Origin: Botryllus schlosseri
Taxonomy: Eukaryota
Length of the DNA: 64,000 nucleotides
Assembly: GCA_051294905.1 (NCBI GenBank)
Contig: CM119371.1
Location: 21,826,001-21,890,000, forward strand
Direction: 5' to 3'
The translations under genes and the position numbers were made by a program. The notes under the pieces were generated by a model. That model made no database searches and was not told the origin of the DNA. It worked only from the letters and a program-made list of their open reading frames with translations. Of this stretch, positions 12,001 to 23,619 are shown piece by piece. Position 1 is the first letter of the stretch, and each line of letters begins with the position of its first letter.

Positions 12001-14625
12001 TGTGATACAATTGTTGATATACAATGTTCTTTCCAATTCTCTACTAGTTACTGACGATTACCCCTGACGAGTGTCAGCCAAAATATCCGGGTTCATTTCA
12101 ATATGAATATAATATTTAATTGAAATAGTCGCTGTATAATCACCACAATCTCAAAGTCAGGTGTTAGATCGCGCATGATAACATGCTCAAAGGGTGTAAT
12201 TAAGTGCAAGGAGTTTATCACCCCATAAAAAAAATTAAAATTAATCAGTGATGGTCAGTAACAGAGTGTTTACATTTTTTGGAGCACTCTCTCTGCTATT
12301 GCCTACCTACTATCTAGGTCTACACACTTTTCTTGAATTAGATTTTGTAAAGAAAGTTATTTTCAGACGAGTTTTATGTTGCTTTCACAAGAAAAATTGC
12401 CACAGTAGCAGCGTGAAATAGACCCATACAACATTAAATGAATATAATTTTGAATATTGCACACTGCGACAGACTGAGACCACGAACCGCAGAGTCAAGC
12501 AAGACCGGAAACTGTCTGTGGGCCGCTCAAAATCCCGTTGCAGACCTGGTCGAATGCGGCCCGTGGGCCGGATGTTGCCCCCGCTAATATAAAAGTCTGC
12601 CATCTCTCTACCTAATCTACTTCGCCAAACTACTTCCTTGAGCCCCGTTCATCATTTGTTCCACTGGAAGCAGTTTTGACACATCAATGAAACAGCTACG
12701 GTAGGCCTAGCGCAAATTTACAGCATTACTGGTGCTTTTACTTGACTTTTTACTCAATTACCAGTACGAGTAGCAATATCGAAGATAATATATTTAAACT
12801 GCATTAACTGGAAGTCAAAAATCACAGGTCTAAAGATTACTCAACAGGTTTTGTAAATTACATTTGGTTCACATGGCACATACTTTTATAGTGTCTAATC
12901 AACTACTAATTTTGAAATTGAAAGATGTATCTTCGTAACAAAGAGAAAATCATCAATGACACTGCAGATAGATGCGATTCTTGATAATATATTCACGTAC
13001 CACGATATAGGGGTTATTTAACAAGGTTTTGATGACGCAAACTTGTCCCAAAACTGCTTTTTACAGCGTGGAAAACTTACGTGATATTACAAGCTGCCGA
13101 GCTGTCGTTGACCTTGAGGATGATCTGACCGACTAACAATCCTTTGACTGGAACATTTGACGATGATGTGTTGAACAATATCATTACCTAAAAGACAAAC
13201 ACAGTAAAAAGCTGGCGTAGGCCTATGCAAGAAGCAGGAGATTGCAGTTGATCAATTCAACAATGTTTCTTCGATATGTTGGGGATGCAAACTACCTGCA
13301 GCTATGTGGGATTGTGCGTACACGGCTAGGTTGGTATTACTATATGGAGTGCATCATTTTTCGCTGATGCTTAGAACTGTACTGCGGTGCTCAGATTGTA
13401 AAGCGCGGCGGGCGCTACTAAATTAAAATCGAAAAATGAAATCGTATTAATTGCGACAAGTGCGAAGAAAATTTCAAATTTTTGAGTCAACTCGTAATTT
13501 AAATTGCATGCCTACGGCCGCAGAAATTTTCTTCAATGGCCGCAGATTGGCCACTCCTGCCCTAGAGTATTGGCCCACTGAAGTTCGTCAATGAAAAATG
13601 TAGCTTTACCTTTCCTTAGAAAAACCCCTTCTAGTCCTAATATACTTTGCCCAGTAGACCTATTTCCAGTTTGGCAATCAAACTTACATTCTCCATCATA
13701 CAGTAAATAAAAGAATATAGGCCTACACAATACACTAGGATATTATCATTTTGGGCATAATGTCAACGAATACCAGTGTCTATACAAAACACTGGTTGCT
13801 GTTGGTAAATATAATGCGGTTTGCTTTTTCAGAACCGCAGTACCGTATGCAGTTGCATAATTCATATGTTTGTAGAAAAGAAAGATATATACACCTTATT
13901 CGGAAAGTCGATAGGATCACTGCCGTTTGTCGAATGCAAGTGAACAGATTCCAGGTACAAGGTAACGTTGCATGGAACTGTTTCGTCTGAAGAAAATTTG
14001 ACGGACTTGCTTTGTCCAGGCTCCATCTTGACGGAGGTGTCCCAAGAAATGTGAACTGCAAATTTACTGATGCATTAAATAAGGCACTGTGAAGCACAAT
14101 TTATGGCGTACCGGTGCATCTATTTTGTAAATGCCGCCTATGTAGCTCAAGTGGGTTTGGCTATACTTGCACTACTAAATATTTCTACCACTTATTCCAC
14201 TTCTGCATAAAATATCACTTACTCTAGTCTTAACACAACCATAGGTCCATAGCCATTTACCCTCAGTTGCTGAAATACTTTATCAATCGTTTTAAAACAT
14301 CAAGTTTGTGAACTAACATTGTCAGAATAGTAACCATGATCACAACAGATGGCGTCACTTTATTATTATAAATAACGGGCCAGCAAGGCGATGATTATTC
14401 AAGACAGTTTCCCAAGGCTTACACCCTTATGATATTGAGACACACGTTCTTAAACTCTGACCCACCTAAAGTTTAAAACAGAATTTATGCTCAAGTTACA
14501 TGAACGCCTTCGTACTCAACGAAGATATGACCGTACTCACCATTCTGTAGTGCCTCACTCAATTCCAAATTCAGGAGAAACGATAGGAGAAGCAAACAAA
14601 TCTCCGTTGGTAGTGGAACTTTCAT
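92..14625 (-). CDS. CTNS: Cystinosin (lysosomal H+/cystine symporter, PQ-loop family), about 397 aa, 9 coding exons
   Basis: Manually spliced exons, all GT-AG and phase-consistent: 14541-14625 (signal peptide [25 protein letters not shown]), 13895-14055, 13081-13187, 11387-11545 ([16 protein letters not shown]), 9223-9322 (SVVGLNFDY), 7705-7824 ([16 protein letters not shown]), 5745-5915 ([12 protein letters not shown]), 3803-3920 ([18 protein letters not shown]), 92-264 ([13 protein letters not shown] stop). Total 1194 nt. Two PQ motifs and hallmark cystinosin motifs. Confidence 0.95.
801..2128. mobile_element. Non-autonomous hAT-like DNA transposon (MITE) in the last CTNS intron
   Basis: Termini CAGTGGCGTATCCAG / CTGGATACGCGCCTG; 8-bp TSD GGTAGAAA at 793-800 and 2129-2136; no long ORF. 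Confidence 0.85.
4146..4497. mobile_element. Penelope-like element remnant: inverted pair of pseudo-LTRs
   Basis: Minus copy about 4146-4260 and plus copy about 4258-4497 both match the 3' region of the GIY-YIG fragment at 11587-12121; flanked by TGT(T/A)ACTTCAA duplication (4135-4145, 4498-4508). Confidence 0.8.
4397..4430 (+). ncRNA. Minimal type I hammerhead ribozyme (Penelope pLTR), intact core
   Basis: ACCC-CTGACGA-GTGTCAGCC-GAAA-ATAT-TC-GGGT: stem I ACCC/GGGT, CUGANGA and GAAA boxes, 1-bp stem II, palindromic AATATT stem III, UUC cleavage triplet. Confidence 0.75.
4719..5558. mobile_element. Foldback MITE with 4-bp TSD (same family as 52717-54192)
   Basis: Ends resemble GGCTAATTCC...GGAATTAGCC; TSD CACT (4715-4718, 5559-5562); long internal inverted arms. 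Confidence 0.75.
5960..6599. mobile_element. Palindromic (foldback) MITE with TA flanks
   Basis: Arms of about 300 bp are inverted copies (GTATTCAAAAATGACTTTTTT...AAAAAAGTCATTTTTGAATAC); TA on both sides. Confidence 0.75.
6696..6885. mobile_element. Degenerate Penelope-like inverted pLTR pair
   Basis: Minus copy with decayed hammerhead (about 6759-6790) plus tail, and plus-strand CTGACGAGTGTCAGCC at 6862; homologous to 4146-4497. Confidence 0.55.
9911..10339. mobile_element. Penelope-like element remnant: inverted pair (GIY-YIG 3' end plus pLTR, then pLTR)
   Basis: 9911-10213 is the reverse complement of about 11824-12120; plus copy 10214-10339; 12-bp TSD ATATTCGAAAAT (9899-9910, 10340-10351). 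Confidence 0.85.
9942..9975 (-). ncRNA. Minimal type I hammerhead ribozyme, intact, sense to the CTNS pre-mRNA
   Basis: Reverse complement reads ACCC CTGACGA GTGTCAGCC GAAA ATAT TC GGGT, identical to 4397-4430. Confidence 0.75.
10436..10973. mobile_element. GACTCGAGTC-family MITE (inverted relative to 27700-28225)
   Basis: Ends CGGGGTTGTAAC / TTACAACCCTG, with internal similarity to the other copies; TSD not preserved. Confidence 0.65.
11587..12121 (+). mobile_element. 5'-truncated Penelope-like retroelement: GIY-YIG endonuclease domain plus pLTR
   Basis: ORF 11587-11958 [27 protein letters not shown]...SAIGKHL...LESTFIK (GIY-YIG of the PLE type with CxC and H motifs), followed by the pLTR with a decayed hammerhead (12060-12092); 10-bp TSD GAAATAGTCG (11577-11586, 12122-12131). 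Confidence 0.85.
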
Positions 14626-15860
14626 ATTGAACATCACAGCCAGGTGAGCCAGCAGTTGCATGGACGCTGCTTGGAAGTTGAAACGATGACCTCCAGAGCG
14701 GTATTACGAATCCCAAGGGTGAGGAGTCGCTTTAGTCGTAATGACTAATATCTAGTGCCTTTTATCTGAATGACATTGCTTTTCCTGCTACGTAAATTAC
14801 GAAAGACAGGCTCCACTACGGACATACCAACAAGTCACGAGATCACCTGAACTTCACTCACTACGAATGATTTCTCGTTTGTAAACAAAGAGTCGCAAGC
14901 AATAATTTACGCGTGAGTGATCGGAAAGCTTCGCGACCTTGGTTTAGATTTCTGAAGGGATTGGACTTGATTTGCATTTTTATAACATCTTGAATCCAAC
15001 CAAAAGACTTTGCCCACACATTTTGAAATGGCCTTGTCAGTGATCAAGATTGGCCGTGACTGCTATAGTTCAATGATTAGAGTCCAGTGGGTGTGGGCCG
15101 CAAGGCGCATTTCTTTTCAGATTTTTAGAAAAGTGCAGTGCGCAAAAATTCGTGAAATGAGTTTTTTTTTCATTTTTATGAGGCTGTCGCACCGCGACAC
15201 TCACTGCTTAAGCACCAGTCGATATTGTGATGTGCTTTTTGATGCTGCACGAACGTGATATCGAGATAAAATAGGCCACACTTTTACGTCAGTAAAACGC
15301 TATGCTCCCTAACATGAGCGACGGACATAGGTACCAAACTCGAGGTAATATTTTATTTAAAAAATATAATGCAACAATAAATATCACGGTAATCTATTTC
15401 ATTTTATTTTAAACTATGAGCTGTGCTTGATACCTGACTAGCCTACTTTTTTCGGTGAGTGTAAGGAACCGATATTTGAGCTAGCGAGACAAGTTACTTG
15501 CTGAAATACTCTCTCCTTGTAAAGCTTGAACTCGCGGAGTAGCTGTTTTCAGCTGTTTTCTTAGCAGATCGATCTTGGCATTTTCTGGGCCTTTGGCCAC
15601 CAAGGCAATGTAACCATTCATATAAACTTATTTTCCCTCGATGGAATTCTCTTTTCATCGCCAAAACCTGTTCAACTAGTGAAGAATAATGATGTCGGGT
15701 TCACGAGAATACCTCATTTCCAAACAACAGCAATATTTTGTAACTGAAATCGATTTCAGCATTGCAAAATGCTTTTCGCCTTCTTCCAAAATTTGAAATC
15801 AGATCGCACGTAGGAAAATATGACCGCTGTGACGCTCTGGCTCTCTCTCATATCTGTACA

Positions 15861-15897
15861 TCACGTGATTTATGTCTTTCTTCTCGTACCACGTGAC
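15861..15897. promoter_or_regulatory. Paired CLEAR-like E-boxes upstream of CTNS (putative)
   Basis: TCACGTGA at 15861-15868 and CCACGTGAC at 15889-15897, about 1.25 kb upstream of the ATG. Function is inferred only. Confidence 0.3.
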
Positions 15898-15919
15898 TTA
15901 CCATTTATCAGCACGTATA

Positions 15920-16200
15920 TCTCCATAATGTCCTAATGGTGTCGACACAGGCAAATTTCACGCCTCAGTGAAATTGTATCACGTCACAATTTCCATTTGG
16001 CTAAAGGCAATTGGACGGTGATTTTTAACCGGCTTGCCGAGCATGAAATTTGGTAAACGGGTATCAATCGAAAGCTGACTCTGCACTGATTACGACAATA
16101 TAAATTTTATTCTGCTCGTGGACCTGGAACTCCCACAATCAGCCTCGAATTTTTCATTGTTATGGAGATTGGCATAGTGACGCAACAATGCTGTCTGGCG
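15920..16200 (+). repeat. Interspersed repeat split by the LINE (continues at 18880-18928; intact inverted copy at 58467-58797)
   Basis: Direct similarity to the reverse complement of 58467-58797. Confidence 0.7.
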
Positions 16201-18843
16201 TGTCTTTCATTATTTAAAGATCCAACTAGAATAACTCATAACTCACAGACACTAATTGACCTCATATTCACCAACAATCAGGTCGAGCACCAATCCGGAA
16301 TATTAAGAAGCGATATATCTGATCACTTACCAACTTTCTGTAAAATCATGAATGCTTCAGTAGGAGTGAAACACAAAATAGCCTACACTCGTAACTATAG
16401 AAATCTCTCGGAGGACAACTTCTCGAATGAACTTTTTGATGCAATAAATGACCTTGAAGTCGAAAGTAGAACTCAAACTGATGATATAAACAATAACTTT
16501 TCATCTCTAATTAATACCATCAACTCCCTAATTGAAAAACATGCACCTCTCCGCAAAAAAACTCGCAGGGAGATGAGATACGCAAATAAACCATGGCTGA
16601 CCTCTGCAATCCGAATCTCAATAGCGACTCGACGCAAACTCTACAAGAGTCATTTTCTTTCCGGTGTAGATAGCAAAGTGGAATTGTATAAAAATTACAC
16701 AAATATATTAACCAAATTGAAGAAAAAGTCGAAGAGCAACTATTACAAGGATCAATTTTATAAGAACCAAGGTGATCAAACAAAAACATGGGGGCTCTTT
16801 AATAAACTTTTTAAATCAACTGAGCAAAAAAAAATTTCCAACTAAAATCAGCATAGACAATACAACCGTAACATCTGAACTTGACATATGCAAGGCTTTC
16901 AACCAATACTTTGCAAATATTGGCAGAAACCTTGCTGACAAACATGTGCCTACCAATAACTACAAGAAATATCTCGATAAACCACAACAGAACTCTATCT
17001 TTGTCCAGCCAGTCGTTGAGAATGAAGTCATCGCGATAGTTCACTCATTTAAGAATGATACAGCCACAGGCCCAGATGGTATTCCAGTCTTTATTCTGAA
17101 AGAGATCATATAAACAATATTACCTATACTCACTAAACTGATCAATAAATGCTTCGAGCTTGGGATCTTCCCTGATATTTTGAAAGTAGCCAGAGTCACG
17201 CCTGTTCTGAAAAAAGGCAATACCAAAGATCTCACCAATTATAGACCAATCTCTATTTTGCCTATTTTTTCTAAAATTATCGAGAAATTATTACTTAAAA
17301 GGCTAACTTGCTTCGTTGAGAAATTTAGCATAATATCCAGAAAACAATTTGGTTTCAGAGAGCGTCACTCAACCCAGCATGCAGTTATAGATAGTATAAA
17401 CAACATCTCCAAAAACCTTTTCAGTAATCTATCCACCATCTGCATCTTTCTAGATCTAAAAAAGGCATTTGATACAGTGGATAGATCAATATTCTTGGAG
17501 AAATTATCTCACTATGGAGTTAGGGGTAACATGTATAAGCTACTACAGTCCTATTTATGTAATAGATGGCAATTTGTTAAAAATGGTGAAGTCTCAACAG
17601 ATAAGCTCGAAATTGAAATGGGTATACCTCAAGGATCAGCTCTGGGTCCTTTCCTATTTTTAATTTATATTAATGATATAGACAATGTATCGGACTTCAC
17701 AATTCAACTGTTTGCAGATGATACATCTCTCATGCTCTCATCTTGTAATACAGCTGACCTTGAGTATTCATGTAATTCAAATCTAATAAAAATATATGAC
17801 TGGATGGGTAGCAATAGACTAACAATAAATACTTCAAAAACACACTGTATGTTCTTTGGTAAAGGTACTCCAAATGACATAGTACTGAAGCTCAATAATG
17901 AAAGACTTACTTTCCAGACGTCTCTATTCTATCTTGGCATAATTATAGATAATAAGCTATCCTGGGGTGATCACATTAATTCAATTTGCATTAAACTATC
18001 GAAAGCCATAGGAATCTTAAGAAAAGTTCGTTTCCTATTACCACTTTCCACACGACTAACAATATATCACACACTCTTCCACTCGCACTTGACTTATGGT
18101 CGTATTGTGGGGTTCAGCTAAAGCCAAATACTTGAATCGGATTAAAAGCCTGCAGAATAAAGCAATTAAATTGACTTGTCTCGCCAATCGCAGAGATAGT
18201 GTAAATCCTTTATATAGTCGCTTGAACATCTTAAAAGTTGATGATATCCACTTTTATGAAATAGGTAAGCTCATGCATGGCTACTACAATGAGAGCCTTC
18301 CAGAAATCTTCCTAGACTATTTCACTCATCTCACCAGTCACCATTCACACAATACCCGAGGCTCTTCTATGAATCTATTCTTACCCCGAGAACATCCTAA
18401 GACTATCAGTTTCCAAGGTCCTCGTATATGGAACTCCATTCCACCCCATATTAAAGATAAACCACTCCATATCTTTAAACAAATGTTTCACGAATATCTT
18501 GTAGGAAAATATGAACATTCTTAATAAATGTGTCAATCAGCATCTCTTTGCCTAGTTTGTGTTCCTGTAGCCAGTGCAATTGTTTTATCTCGTCTATTCA
18601 GGTTACCTACTGTGATCCCACTTAGTTTTTCATCTGTTTCTGATACATTGCGTATATGTTATATTTTTTGCTTGCAAATGTGTTATATTATGTGATAAGT
18701 TTCATATTACAACCATCCTTTCAGGCTGTAGCTGACTTGATGATCTCCCGATCCCTTCGCTACAGCCTGGTTCTGAATTAGGCTATATATACTTTGCTTT
18801 GTATTTATCTATATGTGTATAATCAATGTTCATGGACCGAATA

Positions 18844-18876
<33 letters not shown>
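16201..18876 (+). mobile_element. 5'-truncated CR1/L2-group non-LTR retrotransposon (disrupted APE-RT ORF2)
   Basis: Endonuclease C-terminus (PTRIT...LIDLIFTN...SDHLP); RT motifs FLDLKKAFDTVD, GIPQGSALGP, LFADDT; frameshifts near 16830 and 18100 and a stop near 17111; 3' stem-loop 18722-18769, AATAAA and (TC)n tail; 21-bp TSD with one mismatch (16180-16200, 18880-18900). Confidence 0.92.
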
Positions 18877-18879
<3 letters not shown>

Positions 18880-21800
18880 ACGCAACAATGATGTCTGGCG
18901 AAACGAGAGAGTAGCTCAAGAGAAAAGAGATATGTCCCTGCTGTCGTTGCATCCACGTTGAAGTTGTCAGATCAAGGACTAACGCCGGGACGCGCGTCTA
19001 TTACCAAGAGCTAAGTATATATACCCAGCCACACATTACGTGGGACTCAGGTTACAACTCTAGCAGGTTTTCAGACGACACACTTCCCACATCGCGCGGG
19101 TCGCGTGTTGGACCCCTGCCATAATGGGTAGGACTTCCAACTGGCTTCCAGCTGCAATTAGAGCTTACCATTGATAACTATACCCTACTTGGGTTGGTAA
19201 TCTATACTGGGACGAACCGCAAAATTACCTCGAGATCCACTATGGGTCCTTATGGCAGGTTTTGCGCCCCCATATAGCAACATATAGCCGTTTACGCGAT
19301 GCAGTTAACCTTAAACGAAATAATTATATCCTTTACATGGAACTAATTTAACTAATACATGGCTTTTCAATTATAACCTTCCAACGTTTTAGTCGGCCTA
19401 CAACGCCTTACTTATCACCAGGGTTATAAAATACACAGGTGTCGTCAGTAACGAATTTTCTACTGGCTTGGAGTGCTCAAGTAGGTTTTTCTATCTGCAA
19501 TACTTATACAGTTTGTTTTTGGTTTAAGAGAGAGATAGAGATAACTTTTTAATTCGTCAAACCATAAAATACAGTGTGGGCAATGTTCACAGACATACTT
19601 GTCCAATAATGACATAGATAAGTTTGATAATAAACAATAAGCATTCCACCCAAAAACAAAGGTATGTCGTCGTAGGTGATATTTTCGCATCATTTGACTG
19701 GTCTGGGGATAAAAATGTTTCGGCCCGTGATGGATATAGAGTTTCACATCCCAGGTTTAGTTACTCGCAGGTGACTCCGACGATATATAAAAAATCCTTA
19801 GTGTAACACGCTATTCTTTTACATAAAGCTTATTCTTTGGCTCAAAATTCATGGGCAGCACAATGAAGTCAGGAATTGGTGTGAAATCGCCATAATTTTG
19901 CCTTAACTAATTAGGCTACTATACATTTGCGTGGTTGTGTTTTACGTCCCCACATCGTTCACGCACCTGTCACGCTTCAGTTTAATCGTGAGTGGCGCAA
20001 TTGCTCTTGCCGCTCAACATGAGCTCATGTTTTGATGCATTTACGAAGATTATGCATGTCGCCAGCAACGTCAAGAAACGATTTTTACGTCATCTTCCTC
20101 TCTATTCAAATTCATCTCACGAGTATACGACATGAAAGGAAATTTCGCTGGCTTAAATTCCCCGACATTCAATAATTAATTGTTTCAAGATGAGTGTAAG
20201 CAATCCGTCGAATAAGATGACAGTTTTATTTGTTGATATTCTGCTCAAGTCTATATTAAATGGTTGCTATATGGCAATAGAGTATAAAGTATAAATAAGT
20301 AGTTGCTGTAGCATTTCGCGGCCACAAAACTTGATCAATGCCAGATAATGAACGTGACATATCTAACGCGATAAAGCATGGTAATAAACTAAATGTTCTT
20401 ATTCTAGTTCAAGTCAATCATGGAGCTTTAAAATGGCTATTTATGGTAATTTGGTGCGTTGATCCAGAAATGATATTGGCCATATGTTAAGAGTTTCGCC
20501 GAACTGGGATTGGACCGGTAGTCGTAGTTTTGGAGGGACAGCCGAAGTAGGATCAGGAATGTTTTTTGGGGAATTTTTTGGATCGGAGTCTTGCTTAATT
20601 ATTATAAGATGAGGCTTTGTTTATAAGAGTCGCAGTGCTAAATTAACCGCTCTGCTCAACACCAATATATGCTACCCAACTACAATTGTTGTTTGCCGGT
20701 AGCAAAATTATATTGTGTCCTTATGAAGGACGCCAGAACAGTGTATGCAAGAGTTGATTCAAATATATTTTCCGTCAAGCAATATATAGCTTCGTCTTAT
20801 GGTATTATTACTTTTTCAATACTGTGTCCACCCCTCCAGTCCGACAATATATAGGTGATTTGGGTTTGTTCCGCTAAATTTCAAGGTAGTAACGGAGTAC
20901 TAATGTCTTTAATATATAATTTATAGTGCAGAATTCGCGAAATGTGAGATTCAATGGCTTGTTCAATAGCATGGGTAAAATGACGTAATTGACAGGTCAG
21001 TTGCGGTATAGAAGTGCACGTGTAGGTATGTACTGATCGGCTCTACTTTCGCCGATAAATGATATATCTGATCAGACTATTGGGGAGGCAAAAGGTACTT
21101 TCAAAATCTACCTAACGGATATACTGGTAACATTGTATACAAGTACGATATCTTTAGAATCAATGAATCCGTTAGCTACAGATCATTCATTGATGCCATC
21201 CTTACGCTGACATGTTTTCGCCATGATTCGGCATTGCGTGTTGAATATAACCGCGTTGATTTTTCAATGCTCATCTTGAATTTTAGTTTCTTCTCGATGA
21301 GAGACAAACAGAAAGATCTTGGAGGTGTATACGTTATTCAGAACGTTATCTTCGACGCTTCATTTAATTAAATACCACAAATAGGTTTTGCAGTAATGTA
21401 TATATGTATTTGAGTTGCGTAATTGATGATTGAGTAGGAGCGCCACCAGAATGATAGGCCCAACAATGTCGTAGTTACGTTACTGGTGATTTGAGTCGTG
21501 ATGATCTCTCTTCTCTTGTTCAAGGAAACACAAATGACCCACTTTCTGAGCAAGCCCGCCAGCGTCAAATTGAAAGATGCAACTTCACTGAAAAAACATT
21601 CCAGCTTTGTTAACTAAATTGAATACCAAGCCAACAACCAGCTCACCGCCCGCTAGTTCATATGCTATTCCGTGGAAGGTGAGGTTGGCTTAGCCTTAGA
21701 TTCATAAGGTTTACGTTGGTGTTAGGAATAGGGTCGGTTGTGAGATTACGGTTAGGTTTAGGTTCAAAGTTATAGGCGATTGATTTAAATGGAACTTGCC

Positions 21801-23619
21801 ATATATCGCTATGCCCGTATTTCCGCCAATTATAGGTGATTTGATACTTATATATATAACCCATATATGCGATTAAAACGACGAATGTGTCACTCAAATG
21901 AATTGTACATTGTAAATTGGCACATCGATGAGCTGTCACTCAACTGAAGTTCTACAGTAGTACTAATATTTTAGTTTATTAAGGTTGAATTATATTGGAT
22001 AGATTTTTTACATTTGTTATGTTTTGATTAAAAGTATCATCACAACATATATAGACTTTTAGAATTCCTTCTATATGTGAACTCATCCCTTCTTCACATC
22101 TTCATGGCGTGTGTGATATACTCGCTTGCGTTGGGTTTCTTCATAGCCGTCGTCAGTGCAAAAGGTGGGTTAATGTGCATGCCGCTGATACCAATAAGAC
22201 AATTGGCATAGTGCAGTGGTTCCTCAATGTTTCTTGCCTGATATGCCCATTTTGCTAAAATGATGTCAGGTTTACTCAAATGTAGAAAGAAATAGCGAAT
22301 GCCACATCAGACTATTCAGAGCATTAATAATTCTTTGTCGATGCAGTTTAACCTCATACTCCTCTGATTTGCCAGTCTAAAAATGCATGTTTGCAGAAGC
22401 ATCGTACCAGTATCGGCTTCATCGTTTACACCCGCCTCAGGGGTCGATGCGATATGTTCACAGTAAGGTCATCAGTCACTATCTGACACATATGTTTCAT
22501 TAGACAAAAGTGTTTTCCTGGCTAGTTGACTGAATATGGGAACATAATTGTTAGCTTTCCCAAACTAAATGTGTCTGCACTGCACTGGTAGTGAAAGGAG
22601 TGTTTATTTCCACCCGTGTACCACCCCTGATGTATGTTTGTGACTATACACCAGGGGCGGGCAACTTCTCCAGTCAGCGGGCCGGATATCGGAAAATTTA
22701 TTACTTGGCCGGCTGGATTGCTGAATCGATACATTATTTGCCCATTTATCCACATATGCAATCAATAAATCGTATTTATTGAATGTATTTTAACGACAGC
22801 AATGTCATTTCAAGGCCGTTTCTCGCCGATAATGACGAAGACAATGGGGTTTTGAGAACAGCATTTGTCATACAGGCGCCGCCATGTCCGCTTCTCTCCG
22901 ATCAATTAACACACGGTGCAATCCTTAATTAAGATTTCAAGGCGTTCCATAAGCCCATTACCTCAAATTTACCTAGGTATCAATTCATTAGGGTTGAGTA
23001 CATCGTGAATGCCGATAATGCAAGTCTTCACGCTTCGACGAACTTACGCGTAAGCCCCACTCTGGCACGCTGCGCACACACGTATATAATAACATACAGT
23101 TACTAACATTTGAAGTAGTAAGCAGCAAAGGGAATCCCGGCAGACTGGGGACGAGGGCCACATTATCATGTAAAACGGGAAACTGTCCACAGGCTGGATC
23201 CGGCCCTCGGGCCATATGTTGCCCGCCCTGCTATACACCCATGTTACACTAAACAAGAACCTACTTCAGACTTATAGCGCGGTATCAATCAAGTAAAACA
23301 CTTTAAACCACATTATTCATGCATGTAGGCACGTTGGATTTATGACCGCGATATAATTCTGAGTTAGGTTCTCTTCTCGTGTATACCACCCTTTTCGGCC
23401 CGATGTGAATACCAAATATTTTCGCTAAGCGTGTGCGGCCTTTTATCTATGTAGGCTATATTCGTCAGTATAACATCAGTGACTGGAAGATATGAGGATG
23501 CATGTTAGTTTGGGAACATGACAATAACAAACAGTGATGACATTAGATCGGTTATCCCCGATTCGGTCGGTCTGATTATGATGTTATCAGACTGATTGTT
23601 TCAACTTTTATTTCCCCAG

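Noticed and set aside
16162..16200. ATG start of the 227-aa ORF as the LINE ORF2 start
   Set aside because: The first codons come from the host repeat and TSD; the LINE is truncated inside its endonuclease domain.
18940..19280. GC-richer segment after the LINE, possible SINE or structured RNA
   Set aside because: No A/B boxes, ribozyme core or second copy could be identified by eye.
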